NCBI GenBank assembly: GCA_002392765.1
Contig: DGHT01000014.1
Coordinates: forward strand, 38,951 to 102,950
From: Verrucomicrobia bacterium UBA3841
GTDB lineage: Bacteria; Verrucomicrobiota; Kiritimatiellia; RFP12; UBA1067
DNA: 64,000 nucleotides
Direction of reading: 5' to 3'
The notes under the pieces are model-generated. The model saw only the letters and a program-made list of their open reading frames with translations, did not search any database and had not been told where the DNA came from. The position numbers and the translations under genes are program-made. Each line of letters begins with the position of its first letter. The stretch's first letter is position 1. Positions 55,446 to 64,000 of this stretch are shown here, in pieces.

Positions 55446-56542
55446 AGTTCTCCCAAAGTGATCGAATCCAGTTCTTCTTCCTCCTTGCGGGCGTCCTGTA
55501 TCCTTTTCGCCCACTTCAGCACTTCCGCCACGGGCTCCAGAAAGCCCTCGGGCACAAATTCCTCGACGCGCCCCTGCGCGTACAGCGCGCGGGCGAGCGG
55601 CACGTCCTCCATGATCGGAATCCCCTCGGCCAAAGCCGTCTCGCGGATGATTTTCGCCACTCTGTCGACACCCATCACGCAAATGCGCGGAATCGGGGCC
55701 TCTTCGGCGTCGTACCTTATGCCGACCGAAATATGTGTAGGGTTCGTCACGACGACATTCGCCCGCTTCGTCGCTTTCGCAGGTTCCGGTCCATTGAGGA
55801 CCTCGTCGCGGAACTGGCGCTGAGCCTGCTTGATTTCCGCGGAGCCTTCCATCTCCTTGTATTCGCGCTTCACCTCGTCCTTGGTCATCATCATCTGCTT
55901 GGTGAAGTTCTTGCCCTGGAACAGCCTGTCCACTATGGCGATTATGATATAGCCGAACGCGGTATACACGGCCAGCCTCTTGAGCATGAGTTTCAGACAG
56001 GGGAATATGTCGTCGATCGTCCCGTAGCACATCGTGAGCAGCTCGGGCACGCTCGCCCATATTATTTTGTAGATGAGGTAGCTGAGAAAAGAAACCTTGA
56101 CGACGTTCTTGAAGAACTCGAAAAGATTCTTCATGGAAAATATCTTCTTGGCGCCTTCCACCGGACTGAGTTTCTCCAGTTTCGGGATTATCGGCTCGAA
56201 CGTGAAAAGAAATCCTATCTGCGCGGCGTTGGCGACAATTCCGATGACGGCCGCGACAAGCACGACGATGAAAGAATGCTTGCAAATGACGAATGCCGTC
56301 ACTCCGATCGCTGGATAAGTCGCATCGAACGGATCGCCGCCCAGACGGTCGCCGATGAAGTCCATCAACATGGAGGAATCGTCTACGAGCGCCACTCCCG
56401 TCCAGCCGAGAAGCGCAAAAAGCACCACCAATATCGCCGTGGAAACGATATCCTTCGAGTTGCACACTTGCCCCTTCTGCCGCGCGTCGCGCAACTTTTT
56501 CGGGGTCGGCATCTCCGTCTTCTCGCCAGAGCTTTCACCCAT
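55442..56542 (-). CDS. sctU: Type III secretion export-apparatus switch protein, SctU (YscU/EscU/FlhB family), injectisome-like
   Basis: 366 aa. GEKTEMPTPKKLRDARQKGQVCNSKDIVS, PVEGAKKIFSMKNLFEFFKNVVKV, KDEVKREYKEMEGSAEIKQAQRQF, the autocleavage site VVVTNPTHISVGI and GIPIMEDVPLARALY are present. By eye it is closer to YscU than to flagellar FlhB. No other T3SS gene is in the window. Confidence 0.85.
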   Translation of the reverse strand: MGESSGEKTEMPTPKKLRDARQKGQVCNSKDIVSTAILVVLFALLGWTGVALVDDSSMLMDFIGDRLGGDPFDATYPAIGVTAFVICKHSFIVVLVAAVIGIVANAAQIGFLFTFEPIIPKLEKLSPVEGAKKIFSMKNLFEFFKNVVKVSFLSYLIYKIIWASVPELLTMCYGTIDDIFPCLKLMLKRLAVYTAFGYIIIAIVDRLFQGKNFTKQMMMTKDEVKREYKEMEGSAEIKQAQRQFRDEVLNGPEPAKATKRANVVVTNPTHISVGIRYDAEEAPIPRICVMGVDRVAKIIRETALAEGIPIMEDVPLARALYAQGRVEEFVPEGFLEPVAEVLKWAKRIQDARKEEEELDSITLGEL

Positions 56543-56577
56543 GGCGCTTGTTGCAATTTATGTAGCGCATTTCCAAT

Positions 56578-56586
56578 ATTATAGCA
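56578..56586 (-). promoter_or_regulatory. Candidate extended -10 (TGCTATAAT) for sctU
   Basis: Minus strand has TGCTATAAT about 36 nt upstream of ATG 56542. The -35 position falls inside the 8-mer repeat array. Confidence 0.4.
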
Positions 56587-56594
56587 TAATATCC

Positions 56595-56642
56595 GGAATT
56601 ATGGAATTACGGAATTGCGGAAATGCGGGATTATGGAATTCT
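56595..56642. repeat. Octanucleotide tandem array (GGRATTRY-like), 6 units = 48 bp, immediately upstream of the sctU -10
   Basis: ggaattat ggaattac ggaattgc ggaaatgc gggattat ggaattct. Same family and unit count as 18750..18797. Confidence 0.85.
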
Positions 56643-56713
56643 TGCGAAGAGACTTTCCGGGGCATTGACTCGACCAGGGTCTCGCATTTCTCCGGATTTG
56701 CCGCCGCAGAAAC

Positions 56714-58159
56714 TCAGGCCAGGACGTTGATGTAGTCGAGTTTCATGTCCTCGGTGCCGGTCATGAAACAGCCCTTCTCCTTCGCGAAGAGGATGTGTTC
56801 GAGCACGTCTGGCGTGATGCGCTCCCCCGGCGCGACGATCGGGATGCCGGGCGGATAGCTCATCACGAATTCGCCGGCGACGAGCCCCGTCGACTCGCGC
56901 ATCGGCACTCTGCGCTTCTTCGCGTAGAACGCCTCCTGCGGCGGCTTTACGATCTCGGGGTTGATGTATTCGTGGTCGAATAGGCCGATCGGACTCTTCT
57001 CGCGCTGGCGCTTTATCTCCTCCAGCGCGGAAATGAGCCGCTCGATGTCCATCATCCGGTCGCCGCACGATATGATCGCCAGAAGGTTGCCGATGTCGCC
57101 GAACTCGATCTGGATGCCGTAGTCGTCGCGCAGGTAGTCGTAGACCTCGATTCCGGCAAGTCCGATATCGCGAGTATGCACCGAAAGTTTCGTGCTGTCG
57201 AACGCGAAGACGGTGTCGCCGTTAACCAGCTCCGGGCCGAATGCGTAGTACCCGCCGAGGCGGTTGATTTCGTCGCGCGCGTAGTCCGCGAAGTATATCG
57301 TCTTTTCGAACATCTCCCTGCCGCGGAAGTAGAGGCTCTTGCGCGCAAGGTCGAGAGACGACAGCAGCAGGTAGCTCGCGGACGTGGACTGCGTGAGCGT
57401 TATAATCTGGCGGACGTAGTCGGCGTTGACCGTATCGCGCGCGAGAAGGATCGAGCTTTGCGTCAGCGACCCGCCCGTCTTGTGGAGCGACACCGCCGCC
57501 ATGTCCGCGCCGGCGGCCATGCCTGAGAGCGGCAGCTTGTCCGAAAAGTAGAAATGCGTGCCGTGCGCCTCGTCCGCCAGGACTTTCATCCCGTTGGCGT
57601 GGGCCATCTCCGTTATCGCTTTCAGGTTGGAGCAGATGCCGTAGTAGGTCGGATTGTTTACGAGGATCGCCTTGGCGTCCGGGTTGGCCTCGATCGTCCT
57701 GCGCACGTCCTCCACGGCCATTCCAAGCGGGATTCCCAGCTGCCTGTTGATGCCGGGATTGATGTAGACCGGCGTCGCCCCGCACACAACCAGCGCGTTG
57801 ATGGCGCTGCGGTGTACGTTGCGCGGAAGTATGATCTTGTCGCCGGTCTGGCACGTGGACATGATCATCGCCTGCACGGCCGACGTCGTGCCGTTCACCA
57901 TGAAAAACGCGTTGTCGGCGCCGAACGCCTCCGCCGCCAGTTCCTGAGCCTCGCGGATCACCGACACCGGATGCCCCAGATTGTCCAGCGCCTTCATGGA
58001 ATTGACGTCGAGCGCCATGCAGCGCGCGCCGAAAAACTCCGTGAGAGCCGGATCCATGCGTCCGCCCTTGTGTCCCGGGACGTCGAAATGCGCGAGCCTG
58101 TTTATGCGCTGGCGGTCAAGCGCCTCGTGAAGCGGCGTTCGCTCTTGCGAAATCTTCAT
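56714..58159 (-). CDS. speA: Arginine (Orn/Lys/Arg) decarboxylase, Bacillus SpeA type
   Basis: 481 aa. ..HFDVPGHKGG.., NGTTSAVQAMIM, DEAHG and SLHKTGGSLTQSS (PLP Lys) are present. It is collinear with B. subtilis SpeA by eye. Confidence 0.82.
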   Translation of the reverse strand: MKISQERTPLHEALDRQRINRLAHFDVPGHKGGRMDPALTEFFGARCMALDVNSMKALDNLGHPVSVIREAQELAAEAFGADNAFFMVNGTTSAVQAMIMSTCQTGDKIILPRNVHRSAINALVVCGATPVYINPGINRQLGIPLGMAVEDVRRTIEANPDAKAILVNNPTYYGICSNLKAITEMAHANGMKVLADEAHGTHFYFSDKLPLSGMAAGADMAAVSLHKTGGSLTQSSILLARDTVNADYVRQIITLTQSTSASYLLLSSLDLARKSLYFRGREMFEKTIYFADYARDEINRLGGYYAFGPELVNGDTVFAFDSTKLSVHTRDIGLAGIEVYDYLRDDYGIQIEFGDIGNLLAIISCGDRMMDIERLISALEEIKRQREKSPIGLFDHEYINPEIVKPPQEAFYAKKRRVPMRESTGLVAGEFVMSYPPGIPIVAPGERITPDVLEHILFAKEKGCFMTGTEDMKLDYINVLA

Positions 58160-59252
58160 AGCCGTACTCCTGTATTGTTTCCAGCGTTCCGTCCATCCTC
58201 CTTATGCAGACGGACGGCAGACGCATGCCGTTGAAATGGTTTGTCTTGACTATCGTGTATATGGCCATGTCCCCGAATTCGAGGACGTCGCCCGCATTCA
58301 GGGGCCTGTCGAACGAATACGGACCGATGACGTCGCCGGCGAGACACGTCGCCCCGCCGATTCTGTACGCAAACGGCCCGCCGTCCCCTTTGCGCGCACC
58401 GTTGAGCGGCGGGACGTAGGGCATCTCAAGCGTATCGGGCATGTGGCACGCGGGACTCGCGTCGATTATGGCGTTCGACACTCCGTCCGGCGACGGCGGC
58501 TGCACTTCAAGGACGGTCGTCTCGAGCGTCCCCGCGTCAAGCGCTACGGCTTCGCCAGGTTCGAGATACATCCCGAGGTGCGGATGCCGCGCGCGGAAAC
58601 CGGACAGGAGCCCGACAAGACCGTCTACGTCGTAGCCCGGACGCGTAATGTGGTGCCCTCCGCCGAAATTCACCCACTTCACCGCGGGGAGCAAATCCGA
58701 AAATTTCTCTTCGAATCCGGCCAGGACGGTTTTCAATTCGTCGAGCCCCTGCTCGCAGAGACAGTGGAAATGGAGCCCTTCCAGGCCGGCGGGGCATGCG
58801 CCTTCAAGCTGCGCGCGCACCGTCCCCAGACGCGACCCCGGCCTGCACGGGTCGTACGCGGGCGTTGTGGCGACGGGCGTTTCCGGGTTCACCCTCAGGC
58901 CGGCCGAAACGCCGCGCGCGCGCGCTTTCGCGGCATAGAGCGAAAACTGGCGCGGCGAATTGAACACGATATGGTCGACAAGCGAAAGTATCTCGTCGAT
59001 CTCTCCCGGCGCGTACGCCGCGGCGTAGACGTGCGTTTCGCCGCCGAAGAAATCGTGTCCGTGCTTCGCCTCGAAAAGCGAACTTGCCGTGGTGCCGTCG
59101 AGATGGCGCGCAAGGAGCGGATACGTCGCGGCGAGGGAATACGCCTTCTGGGCCAGAAGTATCTTCACCCCCGTCCTGCGACGCACGGAATCGAGGATCT
59201 GCGCGTTCGACTCGAGTTTCGCCTCGTCTATGACGAATCTTGGCGTTTGCAT
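58116..59252 (-). CDS. nspC: Carboxynorspermidine/carboxyspermidine decarboxylase
   Basis: ORF 58116..60476 is over-extended into the upstream gene. ATG 59252 gives 378 aa: MQTPRFVIDEAKLESNAQIL..ILLAQKAYS..GLHFHCLCEQ..NFGGGHH. 44-nt overlap with speA. Confidence 0.82.
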   Translation of the reverse strand: MQTPRFVIDEAKLESNAQILDSVRRRTGVKILLAQKAYSLAATYPLLARHLDGTTASSLFEAKHGHDFFGGETHVYAAAYAPGEIDEILSLVDHIVFNSPRQFSLYAAKARARGVSAGLRVNPETPVATTPAYDPCRPGSRLGTVRAQLEGACPAGLEGLHFHCLCEQGLDELKTVLAGFEEKFSDLLPAVKWVNFGGGHHITRPGYDVDGLVGLLSGFRARHPHLGMYLEPGEAVALDAGTLETTVLEVQPPSPDGVSNAIIDASPACHMPDTLEMPYVPPLNGARKGDGGPFAYRIGGATCLAGDVIGPYSFDRPLNAGDVLEFGDMAIYTIVKTNHFNGMRLPSVCIRRMDGTLETIQEYGYEDFARANAASRGA

Positions 59253-59272
59253 CGATCGTCCGGCGAGTTTTG

Positions 59273-62200
59273 TCAATCTTCCGGCCCGGCAACGCAGAAC
59301 GGGAAGGAAAATGTCCATTTCCGGCTTACGTTGCGCTTCACCGCTTCGACATAGCCCGACAGCGGAATCTGCTTGAACGCGAACCCAACCGTCGCCAGGG
59401 ACTCGTCCAGGCCCAGATCCGGGTCGTGCGCGAGTATCAGCACTCCGTTGTGCTTGAATCCGGTCACCTCCCTGGCCGCGCCGCTCGCGTTTTCGCTCCA
59501 CGCCGAAAACGACCCGCTGACAAGCCCAGTCGCCCTCGCGAGCTTCACCTGCACGTTCGCGGGATTCACTGACGCCGTCCAGTCGTACGATGTTCCGTCC
59601 TTGACGAGCGAGCGCCTCTGCACCGAGAAGGCGTTCGCCGCGACGGACACCGCCTCGCCGTCCGCCTGCGCCGCTCCGCCGACGGTAAAATCGTATCCTG
59701 AAGGCAGCAGCTCCTTCGGGAATTCGGCGACATCCCCGGCCGAAACGCGCAATGCGCTGTCGAGATAATACCTTTCGAGATTGATCAGCGTATCGAACCA
59801 GCCGCCCGCCGGCATCAATTCCAGGGCAAACCCTTCGCTGCAATCGTAGCGCACTGCGGGATTGTCGTTGTTCCATGTCAGCGTGGACGGAGCCGCCGCG
59901 ACAACCGGCCCGTCGGCCTCGCTCTTGTAGAGGCGGATGGTCCCGCCGAAGAGATTCGGGGATTTGGCGAAATAGACCGGCACGTACATCGAATAGCCGT
60001 TGGCGGAGAACCCGTCGGGCTCGATGCGGCAGGCCGCGACGGAAAGAGACGGCTTCGTCGTTCCGTCGGCGAGCATCCCGGCGACTTTCGCAGTCCCCTT
60101 GTTGTCGACGGCCAGGGTTATGTACCCGTAGCCGGACGGTATCCCCTCGTCGGCTTCGATGAAGGGGGATGGAATCAGCGATATGGTGTAGTACCCGGTG
60201 AAATTCGTCACGGCCGCAAGGTAGTCCTGCACTTTCGCGTTGTTGCGGAACACGGTTCCCGAATAATTGACGTTCCTCTGTACGCCTTTGTTGTTCGCGT
60301 CGGGCACGTTCATGACGAGTTCGACCTGCCCCACGCCGTTCGTCCAATCGCCTTCCGCGGCGGTCGAACCGGAGTTCACCGTGACGGACAGCGTGTTCGT
60401 GTAAGTGACGCCGTTCACCTTCCGCGCAAGCGCGAACGTCTTCGTCTTTTCTCCCTCGTCCCCGTCTTCGTCCCACCCCTTGGCGGAGAAGGAGTACGTC
60501 TTGCCGGCGAGAGCCACCTTCGCGGAAAGCGCGGCCGGGTTCGCGGTCGATGCGGTGAACGTCACCGACGCCAGCTGCGGGAATCCGTTCGTAAGCGCCC
60601 CTTTCTCCGCCTCGATGACGCCGTAGTACGTGCCCGTTTCCAGGGGGACGGTCGCCGTTTTGACCGTCGCCGCCTTGGGCGCTTTCGCCGCGTACGCGGA
60701 TTCGACCGTCGCTCCCGGCCTGGAGGATTCTGTCATCGTGACCGTGCAGACCTCTCCGCCTGCGATTGATGCCGGGTACTCGCCAGCCTCCAGTTCGCTT
60801 TCGTCAAGCGGCTCCAAAATAACATCGAACGTCCTGTCGCCCTTGTAGTACGCCACGAGTTCGGGTATCAGTTTCACGGATATCGTCTTGGCCTTGCTGT
60901 CGCCGTCGACCCATTCGAGAATGCCTGACTGCTCGACGTAGTCATCGCCCGCAGCCGCCGTCCCGTCCGACGTGCGGTAGCGTACGCGCACTCTTCCCTC
61001 CTTGGCCGTGCGCTTGACCTGTACCGCTGCTGCGGAAGCTGTCTCCCTGACGGACACTGCGGTCTTCGCGAACTTTATCGCGCCGACGTTCTTGAAGAAG
61101 CCAGAAACTACGTACCCGCCGCCGGCCGGATTCTCCGCGTCGGCGTGCCTGACGGCAAGGTAGTATTTTGACGCGGACTTCGGCAGGTTTACGAGAGATG
61201 CGGAAGTGCGGTCGGCTACAATCACGCCGCGCTCCGCGTTCGTTATCGAAAATACGGCATCGGCCCCGCCGCTCGCGATCGAGAAATCGTAGTAGTATCC
61301 GTCGGCGCCGGTTATCGCGAAATTGTCCTCGCGGTCGGTTTCCCAGAGCGTTCGCATAAACGATGTCTCGACATTCTTGAGCGCCCAGGAAGCCGCCCCT
61401 TTCGGCGTGTCGTCGCCGGGATCGGACGTGTCGCTGTAGTAGACGTCAAGGACGGTCTCCTCCGCGCCGGCCTCGACCTTGACGCTCTCCTGCGCCGGGG
61501 TTTTCAACCCGGATACCGCGGAGAACTTGACGGTGTACGTGTTCCCCGGCAGGACCACGGCGCTGCCGGACGGATATTTGACCGTTTCCGACCCTATCGA
61601 AAACGCCGCCGTTTCCGCCCCGAGCAGATTCACCCTGAGTACGCCGAGCTCCGCGCCGCCGGACGACTGCGCCATCGTCTTCACAACGTATCCCGGATAG
61701 TCGAGCCCGGCCATTTCGTTGACGCGAACCCTGACATAGTACACCGCGTTGGCCGCCGCCGTGAACTCCAAGACGGTCCCGCCGTATCCCGGGGATATCT
61801 CCGCCTCGTCCACCTCCGTTTCCTTCGTGCCGGAAAGGGTGAACACTTCGACATGCAGAGGAAGCGGGGAAACCTCTTCCGGATCGGCGAACTCGAATCC
61901 GAGAGCGTACACGACATCCTTGCGCGCGGCGATCGAAAAGGTGTCGAACCAGTCGGTTTTCGAAAGTCTGTGCACCCCGCTGGCCGCGCCGTCGGAGAAC
62001 ACGTATCCGTAGGAATCGGCGACATTCACTTCAAGCGGCGTCGCCCCGGCCGCGGCGTCGTCGGCCGCGTCCCATTCGTCGGGATCGCCGTCGGCGGCGG
62101 CAATGCTCTCGAATTTCAGCGTGCACGCGGAGTACGAGGGTTCGTCGAAAAGAAAATCTTCGAGGCTTTCGCAGACGCCGACGTAGTACGTGCCGGCCGC

Positions 62201-63373
62201 AGAGGCTTCGAACGCGCAGCGCACGTCGTCGGAAACTCCGTCGAGCGTTTCGTTCTCGACAAGGACGTTCCCCTTCGCATCGTAGACGCGCATCAGCAGA
62301 CTTGCGGCGGCCCCGGAAGTCTCCGCCGCGTACCGCCCGCCCTTGACGGCGGTGAAGGAATACAGCGATTCTTCCACGACGGCGTCGTACGCTCCGGTGG
62401 AAATGTCGCAGAGGCGTCCCGCGACGCATTCGACTTCGTCGCCTGGCAGGAGCGCAGCCTTCACATCGTGCTGCGCCGGTGTCAGCGAGCTGTATTTTTT
62501 GTGCGAGAAGGCGAACTGGGCGTTTTCCGTTTCGTTCGACGAGATGCCCTCGCCGGAAATGGTTATGATGAAATAGCCGGTCGTGTCCGGAACGACGAAC
62601 ATACCCTCGTTGTACGGATCCTCCGCGAAAGCCGGATCGTCGTACGCCTCGTAGGAGGGAGTGTCGTCTTCTTCATCGCCGCCGTCTCCGGATTCGTCGT
62701 CGATGGAGGAGTCGTCTTCTTCCGGAGCGATGTCGATCGAAAAGGCTACGTCCTTCTCCTCCGAGCCGCCCGACGTGGAAAAGGAATACATCACGCCTTC
62801 GGACAGGCGGGCGCGGAAGAAATATTCGCCGCCGGTCTGCAGCGCTGATTTCACCGTGTTCGTGGCCGCCGCGGGCGTTATGAGCCTGGGATTGTCCGCA
62901 ATGCCTTCCGGAAGCACGACGGAACTCGAGAAATTCACAGTGAAAGTCGCAGGCGTCTCCGCCGTGAATTCGAAGTAGTAGACCCAGCTTTTCGGATCGC
63001 TTTCGGCGGCGTCTTCGTCGTCGATGTACCAGCTGTCGGCGTACATGACCTGGTAGATGTCGTCGCCCGCCACATCCACTTCCTCGAACTCCGCCTGCGG
63101 CTCCTTGGCGTCCTCGCTGTCTTTCTCCTTGGGATAGACGCTTACGGAAAGCTCCATGTTAGTCGTGACGCCCTGCGTGTATACGGTGTACGCCCTCTGG
63201 CGCGAAAGCGTAGATTTGAGGTAGCCGATGTAAGTCCCCTCCTCCTCGCTGTATTTGAGCGTGACGGACTGCGAACTCTTGATGGTAGAGGCGTTTTTCT
63301 CGGTGGTCGACAGCGTACCGGCGAAAGACGCCGCGCACGCGAGAAGCGCAATTGACAAAATGGTTTTCTTCAT
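59273..63373 (-). CDS. Giant secreted protein (about 1366 aa) with repeated PPC-like beta-sandwich modules, a Calx-beta domain and a C-terminal module shared with neighbours
   Basis: ORF 59273..63391 begins at a GTG. I prefer ATG 63373 (AAAGGAAC RBS), giving MKKTILSIALLACAASFAGT, a signal peptide. Calx-beta-like VSVRETASAAAVQVKRTAKEGRVRVRYRTSDGTAAAGDDYVEQSGILEWVDGDSKAKTISVKLI. There are acidic tracts, and the C-terminal ~190 aa are paralogous to 63388..64000. Confidence 0.75.
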   Translation of the reverse strand: MKKTILSIALLACAASFAGTLSTTEKNASTIKSSQSVTLKYSEEEGTYIGYLKSTLSRQRAYTVYTQGVTTNMELSVSVYPKEKDSEDAKEPQAEFEEVDVAGDDIYQVMYADSWYIDDEDAAESDPKSWVYYFEFTAETPATFTVNFSSSVVLPEGIADNPRLITPAAATNTVKSALQTGGEYFFRARLSEGVMYSFSTSGGSEEKDVAFSIDIAPEEDDSSIDDESGDGGDEEDDTPSYEAYDDPAFAEDPYNEGMFVVPDTTGYFIITISGEGISSNETENAQFAFSHKKYSSLTPAQHDVKAALLPGDEVECVAGRLCDISTGAYDAVVEESLYSFTAVKGGRYAAETSGAAASLLMRVYDAKGNVLVENETLDGVSDDVRCAFEASAAGTYYVGVCESLEDFLFDEPSYSACTLKFESIAAADGDPDEWDAADDAAAGATPLEVNVADSYGYVFSDGAASGVHRLSKTDWFDTFSIAARKDVVYALGFEFADPEEVSPLPLHVEVFTLSGTKETEVDEAEISPGYGGTVLEFTAAANAVYYVRVRVNEMAGLDYPGYVVKTMAQSSGGAELGVLRVNLLGAETAAFSIGSETVKYPSGSAVVLPGNTYTVKFSAVSGLKTPAQESVKVEAGAEETVLDVYYSDTSDPGDDTPKGAASWALKNVETSFMRTLWETDREDNFAITGADGYYYDFSIASGGADAVFSITNAERGVIVADRTSASLVNLPKSASKYYLAVRHADAENPAGGGYVVSGFFKNVGAIKFAKTAVSVRETASAAAVQVKRTAKEGRVRVRYRTSDGTAAAGDDYVEQSGILEWVDGDSKAKTISVKLIPELVAYYKGDRTFDVILEPLDESELEAGEYPASIAGGEVCTVTMTESSRPGATVESAYAAKAPKAATVKTATVPLETGTYYGVIEAEKGALTNGFPQLASVTFTASTANPAALSAKVALAGKTYSFSAKGWDEDGDEGEKTKTFALARKVNGVTYTNTLSVTVNSGSTAAEGDWTNGVGQVELVMNVPDANNKGVQRNVNYSGTVFRNNAKVQDYLAAVTNFTGYYTISLIPSPFIEADEGIPSGYGYITLAVDNKGTAKVAGMLADGTTKPSLSVAACRIEPDGFSANGYSMYVPVYFAKSPNLFGGTIRLYKSEADGPVVAAAPSTLTWNNDNPAVRYDCSEGFALELMPAGGWFDTLINLERYYLDSALRVSAGDVAEFPKELLPSGYDFTVGGAAQADGEAVSVAANAFSVQRRSLVKDGTSYDWTASVNPANVQVKLARATGLVSGSFSAWSENASGAAREVTGFKHNGVLILAHDPDLGLDESLATVGFAFKQIPLSGYVEAVKRNVSRKWTFSFPFCVAGPED

Positions 63374-63387
63374 AGATACGGTTCCTT

Positions 63388-64000
63388 TCACTGCTCTTCG
63401 CCCCAGTCGTCGGCCCAGTAGTCCTTTTCACCCTGGTCTACGGCGTTTATGTTGAACGGGACGGAGAATATCCAGTTGCGCGCGACATCCTTCTTTTTGG
63501 CTTCGTCGTAGGAAGTCAGCCTTACCGTCCGGCAGGCGAATCCGAGCGTGGCAGTATCGTCGGTGATCGGCGCATACGGGTCGCAGGCGGTTATCAGCAC
63601 TCCGTAATGCTTGAAGCCCGTCAGCTCCTTCATCGTCAATCCGTCGTCGCTCAGGCTCCAAAGCGAGAAGGATCCTGTCGCAAGTCCGGTCGCGCGCGCC
63701 AGTTTCACCTGCACGTTCGCCGGGTTGACGGAAGTTTCGAGATCGTACGCCTTGCCGCTCTTGACAAGCACGCGCTTGGGCGTCGAGAACGCGTTAGCGG
63801 AGACCGACACCCCCGTGCCGTCCGTCTCCGCGCCCTCGGCGATGGAGTAGCCGGACGCCAAAACCTCTTTGGGGAATTCCGCGGCCTTCGTGGTGGAGAC
63901 CTCCAGCGCGCTTTCCAGGTAGTATCTTTGGAGATTCTTGACCGTGTCGAACCATCCGCCCACCGGAACGGGCCAGATGTCATATCCATCCTCGCCGTCG
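63388..64000 (-). CDS. C-terminal part of a paralogous giant secreted protein; 5' end beyond the window
   Basis: The frame stays open to the window end (..DGEDGYDIWPVPVGGWFDTVKNLQRYYLESALEV..NPANVQVKLARATGLATGSFSLW..TGFKHYGVLI..). It aligns by eye with the last ~190 aa of 59273..63373. Confidence 0.75.
   Translation of the reverse strand, partial: DGEDGYDIWPVPVGGWFDTVKNLQRYYLESALEVSTTKAAEFPKEVLASGYSIAEGAETDGTGVSVSANAFSTPKRVLVKSGKAYDLETSVNPANVQVKLARATGLATGSFSLWSLSDDGLTMKELTGFKHYGVLITACDPYAPITDDTATLGFACRTVRLTSYDEAKKKDVARNWIFSVPFNINAVDQGEKDYWADDWGEEQ

Noticed and set aside
63374-63391. GTG start at 63391 for the 1372-aa ORF
   Set aside because: ATG 63373 has an AAAGGAAC RBS at good spacing and yields a clean MKKTIL.. 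signal peptide. The GTG version adds six residues overlapping the upstream stop.

Overview
High-GC (by eye above 60%) bacterial chromosome segment, transcribed almost entirely from the minus strand. I support about 47 protein genes and 2 tRNAs. Most long plus-strand ORFs in the track are antisense shadows of real minus-strand genes, and the track also writes GTG starts as M. The backbone is housekeeping: fusA (cut by the window edge), queH, panB, obg, an Fe-ADH, groES/groEL, dnaK, icd, tdh/kbl, smc, a lysA-like gene, trmB/pgpA/tsaB, ispF, dapA, serC and speA-like/nspC. There is also a uronate/unsaturated-glucuronide block (EIIC-GAT permease, DUF4861, kduI, kduD, GH88, divergent XylR/AraC regulator) and envelope genes (GT2, GT4, pyruvyl transferase, FadL-like OMP, MsbA-like ABC). 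An injectisome-type SctU, an RRM protein, a BatB-like VWA protein and giant BspA-type LRR proteins suggest a PVC-group or host-associated anaerobe, but taxonomy cannot be settled without a search. Six things deserve a second look. (1) An HUH/RAYT-like transposase is joined in frame to a DprA/SLOG-like module. It is bracketed and split by arrays of 13-14 bp CTTGCTGT iterons and sits inside the uronate operon. (2) A family of GTAGGG-headed REP-like hairpins occurs in frame inside a 2024-aa LRR gene, inside a signal peptide, and in an intergenic repeat mosaic. (3) Tandem repeats with non-triplet units (7, 8 and 11 bp) sit in frame in three CDSs, and the 8-mer also sits in one promoter. (4) An orphan sctU is translationally coupled to an ECF sigma factor and followed by a small low-complexity protein. 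(5) A consensus sigma54 promoter lies in front of dnaK, and 10-bp-phased heptad iterons fill the chaperone spacers where no CIRCE is present. (6) A lower-GC island contains a Schlafen/AlbA_2 gene that truncates an LRR paralog. All family calls are by-eye motif recognition; no search was run.
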